Below are positions 13,890-16,327 of a DNA stretch of 16,327 nt, in pieces. Made by a program: the position numbers and the translations under genes. Where the stretch lies: contig JBEKZX010000033.1 of NCBI GenBank assembly GCA_049509455.1, positions 1 to 16,327 of the forward strand. The letters are read 5' to 3'. Source of the stretch: Conexivisphaerales archaeon. GTDB taxonomy: Archaea; Thermoproteota; Nitrososphaeria; Conexivisphaerales; DTJL01. Numbering within the stretch: the stretch's first letter is position 1; each line of letters opens with the position of its first letter. The notes under the pieces were generated by a model. The model was not told the DNA's origin. It searched no databases and worked only from the letters and a program-made list of their open reading frames with translations.

Positions 13890-15143
13890 TCACTTCCCTC
13901 CCTGAGAAACAGGCGCCTTCGATGCTTCGAAGAGGCCGAGGCATCGTTCGATGGACTCCATCGAGGCATCCATCACCAGCGGACTCGACATCCCGGAGAC
14001 GGCGCCCGGGTCCTTTAGGCCGTGGCCCGTTGCAACGCAGACGATGTTTTCGTTTCGATCCACCTTGCCGTCGCCTACCAACCTGGCCAGCCCCGCGATG
14101 GAGGAAGCGCTAGCCGGCTCCACGAATATCCCTTCGAGCCTTGCGAGGAGCTTCTGCGCCTCCAGTATCTCGCCGTCTGAGACGGCTTCCGCCGCCCCTC
14201 CTGAATCCCTGATGGCCCTCATCGCCCTCTTCCAATTGACCGGTGACCCAATCCTGATCGCAGTCGCCACAGTTTCGGGCCTCGGCTCGGGAACTATCTC
14301 CTCTCTGCCCTCTCTGATGGCGCGCACGATGGGCGAAGCCCCCTCCGCCTGTATCCCCATCATTCTTGGCAGGGACTGCGTGAAGCCCAGGTCAACCAGT
14401 TCGTTGAAGCCCTTCCAGTAGGCTGTAATGTTCCCCGCGTTTCCGACTGGAAGGAATACGCTGTCCGGCGACGCCGGGTCCAGCTGGTCGCAAATCTCAA
14501 AGGCAGCTGTCTTCTGGCCTTCGATCCTGAACGGGTTTATCGAGTTCAGGAGGTAGATTTCAGTGTGTCGGAGAGACAGCTCCTGCACAAGGCCCATGGC
14601 ATCGTCGAAGCTCCCCCTGACCTGTAGTATCTGGGCACCGTGAATGACGGCCTGGGCCATCTTCCCCAGCGCCACGTTGCCCGAAGGAACGAGGACTACG
14701 CAGCGCACTCCGGCCTTTGCAGAATAGGCCGCCAGAGAAGCTGATGTGTTTCCAGTGGAGGCACAAATAAGGGTCTTGACGCCCATCTCGACCGCCCTGG
14801 TCACCCCGACGGTCATTCCCCTGTCCTTGAAGGAGCCCGTCGGGTTCTCCCCTTCGTTCTTCACGAAGAGTGACCGCAGGCCCAGCTTCTCTCCCAGCCG
14901 TTCGCACCTGTGAAGGGCTGTGCCCCCTTCGGCCAGCGAGACTATCTTTGTTTCGTCATGGATTGGCAGCGCCTCCCTATACCGCCAGACCGAGATGGGA
15001 CGCTCGCGCCAGGAGCTTCGGGCGACCTCCCTGATCCTCTCAGTGTCGAGCCTGATTTCCAGCGGGTCGCCGCACTTGGGGCATCGGTACGCGACGGCAT
15101 CGGCGTCCTGCTCGTGGCCGCAGGTGACGCACTTCAAGATCAA
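13890..15143 (-). CDS. thrC: Threonine synthase with an N-terminal Zn-ribbon
   Basis: TTG at 15143 overlaps the thrB TGA (TTGA), with a GGGGAG SD upstream. CxxC-x12-CxxC at the N-terminus, PLP-Lys motif NPTGSFKDRG, ASTGNTSAS, PVGNAGN, EPASA and TGHGLKD. Confidence 0.96.
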   Translation of the reverse strand: MILKCVTCGHEQDADAVAYRCPKCGDPLEIRLDTERIREVARSSWRERPISVWRYREALPIHDETKIVSLAEGGTALHRCERLGEKLGLRSLFVKNEGENPTGSFKDRGMTVGVTRAVEMGVKTLICASTGNTSASLAAYSAKAGVRCVVLVPSGNVALGKMAQAVIHGAQILQVRGSFDDAMGLVQELSLRHTEIYLLNSINPFRIEGQKTAAFEICDQLDPASPDSVFLPVGNAGNITAYWKGFNELVDLGFTQSLPRMMGIQAEGASPIVRAIREGREEIVPEPRPETVATAIRIGSPVNWKRAMRAIRDSGGAAEAVSDGEILEAQKLLARLEGIFVEPASASSIAGLARLVGDGKVDRNENIVCVATGHGLKDPGAVSGMSSPLVMDASMESIERCLGLFEASKAPVSQGGK

Positions 15144-16087
15144 GCAGGGTCTCCCCTGATCAGCCTGGCTCCTGGCCCTGGCCGGGTCACTAGGGCCTCG
15201 CAAGAGATTCCATGGCGCGCGAAGGCAGCGATACCAGCCGAAGCAACTGCGTCCTTGCTCTTCTGGCCGCTTCCAACCAGCACTATCAATGAGGGGCCCG
15301 CACCGCTCAGGGCCACCCCCTTTGCTCCCGACCGAAGGACCTCTTCTTTCGCGTCCTGCAACCCTGGGTAGAAGTGGGACCGCGCGCTTTCGATGACGGC
15401 GTCGGACATGCCCTTTCCCATCAGCTCCAAGTCACCCGTGACGATGCCCGCCACGAGAGAAGCGACCCGTCCAACGTTATAGACGAGCTGTGACAGCTCG
15501 ATGCTTCTGGGGAGGACGGCTCTCATGGCAGCCGTGTCCTTCTTTCCAATCGACGGGATGAGAACTACAAACTCCACGACACCACGCGAGGGGAGCTGCA
15601 CTACGTCGATTGGATCGTACGACCTCACTAAGGTGAAATAACCCAACAGGGCAGGGGCTACGTTGTCGGCGTGTGGTGCGCCTGCCGACGCGACTTCCCC
15701 TCTTGCGGCCACGGGCACCAGCTCCATCAGTGACAGGCCTAGGCCGAGAGATTCATTCACCGCCACGGCGGCCGCGGCCGCGCTCGCCGCGCTGCTACCG
15801 AGCCCGCTTCCGGGAGCTATCCCCTTCTCTATGGTCAGCTTGAGCCCGCGCCTCTCCCGCGATGCCGCCAGGAGCTCCTTCGCAACAACTCCGGCCGTAT
15901 TCCGACCCGGATCGATTGGGACCGAGCGCGAGCCCTTTCCGGTGGCCTCGATGCGCACTCCTTCGCCGCTGACGACCTCCACGCCTACGACGTCATGGAG
16001 GCAGTCCAGGGCTACGCCCAACACGTCGAAGCCAGAACCTAGGTTGGCTGACGTGGCTGGAGCGAGAGCTCTTGAAAACGACGTCAT
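15140..16087 (-). CDS. thrB: Homoserine kinase (GHMP family); alternative ATG at 16135
   Basis: PATSANLGSGFD, GSGLGSSAAS, HADNVAPALLG and ALSGAGPS. ATG at 16087 has GGAGG 7 nt upstream. Confidence 0.96.
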   Translation of the reverse strand: MTSFSRALAPATSANLGSGFDVLGVALDCLHDVVGVEVVSGEGVRIEATGKGSRSVPIDPGRNTAGVVAKELLAASRERRGLKLTIEKGIAPGSGLGSSAASAAAAAVAVNESLGLGLSLMELVPVAARGEVASAGAPHADNVAPALLGYFTLVRSYDPIDVVQLPSRGVVEFVVLIPSIGKKDTAAMRAVLPRSIELSQLVYNVGRVASLVAGIVTGDLELMGKGMSDAVIESARSHFYPGLQDAKEEVLRSGAKGVALSGAGPSLIVLVGSGQKSKDAVASAGIAAFARHGISCEALVTRPGPGARLIRGDPA

Positions 16088-16246
16088 AGCATCCCCTCCG
16101 TCGAAGCGAGAATAGACAACGAGTGGCCTAGCCATGCGTTCTTCCCACGTACGAATATCCTGATCGAGGCCAACACAAGACCACTCCCTTTCAAGAGGAA
16201 GGTTTGCCAGTTGACAGCCAAACAGAGAATGAATGCGGTCAGGTGT

Positions 16247-16327
16247 TCACAAAGGGAGTTTGGCTGCCGACCGGTCCTTCAGCCGGACGTGGCCATAGTT
16301 GACTTCCATCCCGTCGATGTTGCTAAG
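16247..16327 (-). CDS. C-terminal end of an unidentified gene entering from the right edge
   Basis: Open frame ...LSNIDGMEVNYGHVRLKDRSAAKLPL* with codon usage like the neighbouring genes; TGA at 16247-16249. Confidence 0.5.
   Translation of the reverse strand, partial: LSNIDGMEVNYGHVRLKDRSAAKLPL

Noticed and set aside
16247-16327. Upstream partial gene as asd, completing the threonine pathway
   Set aside because: The C-terminal sequence lacks the HN(T/L)xRGAA motif typical of Asd C-termini; left unassigned.

Overview
Archaeal DNA. A Nitrososphaerota/Thaumarchaeota-like host is inferred from the CdvB-type ESCRT-III protein, the MPIVS-type NikR-like regulator, archaeal TATA-like promoters and frequent TTG/GTG starts. 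Left to right: the 5' end of tatA (minus strand, missed by the ORF track); a VIT1/CCC1 Fe/Mn transporter; a ZnuA/C/B-type ABC importer converging on an atypical NikR-family regulator; two doubtful small ORFs; a minus-strand run of ESCRT-III (CdvB-like), CBS-pair protein and unknown 6-TM protein; thioredoxin; a canonical nikR divergent from a nikMN-Q-O ECF nickel importer, with a perfect NikR-type operator; and a minus-strand thrB-thrC-hom-ask threonine operon. Most notable: (1) two NikR paralogues with different metal sites and DNA-reading strands, each beside a different metal importer, suggesting a Zn-sensing NikR derivative that controls znu; (2) genes whose conserved N-termini lack an ATG/GTG/TTG start (hom most clearly CTG; also VIT1, possibly nikQ); (3) an orphan ESCRT-III with a MIM2-like motif followed by a coupled small ORF and an interrupted membrane ORF; (4) an unassigned membrane protein with a buried Lys in a rhodopsin-helix-G-like context. 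No CRISPR array, rRNA, tRNA or intact mobile element was seen. All assignments rest on motif recognition by eye; no searches were run.
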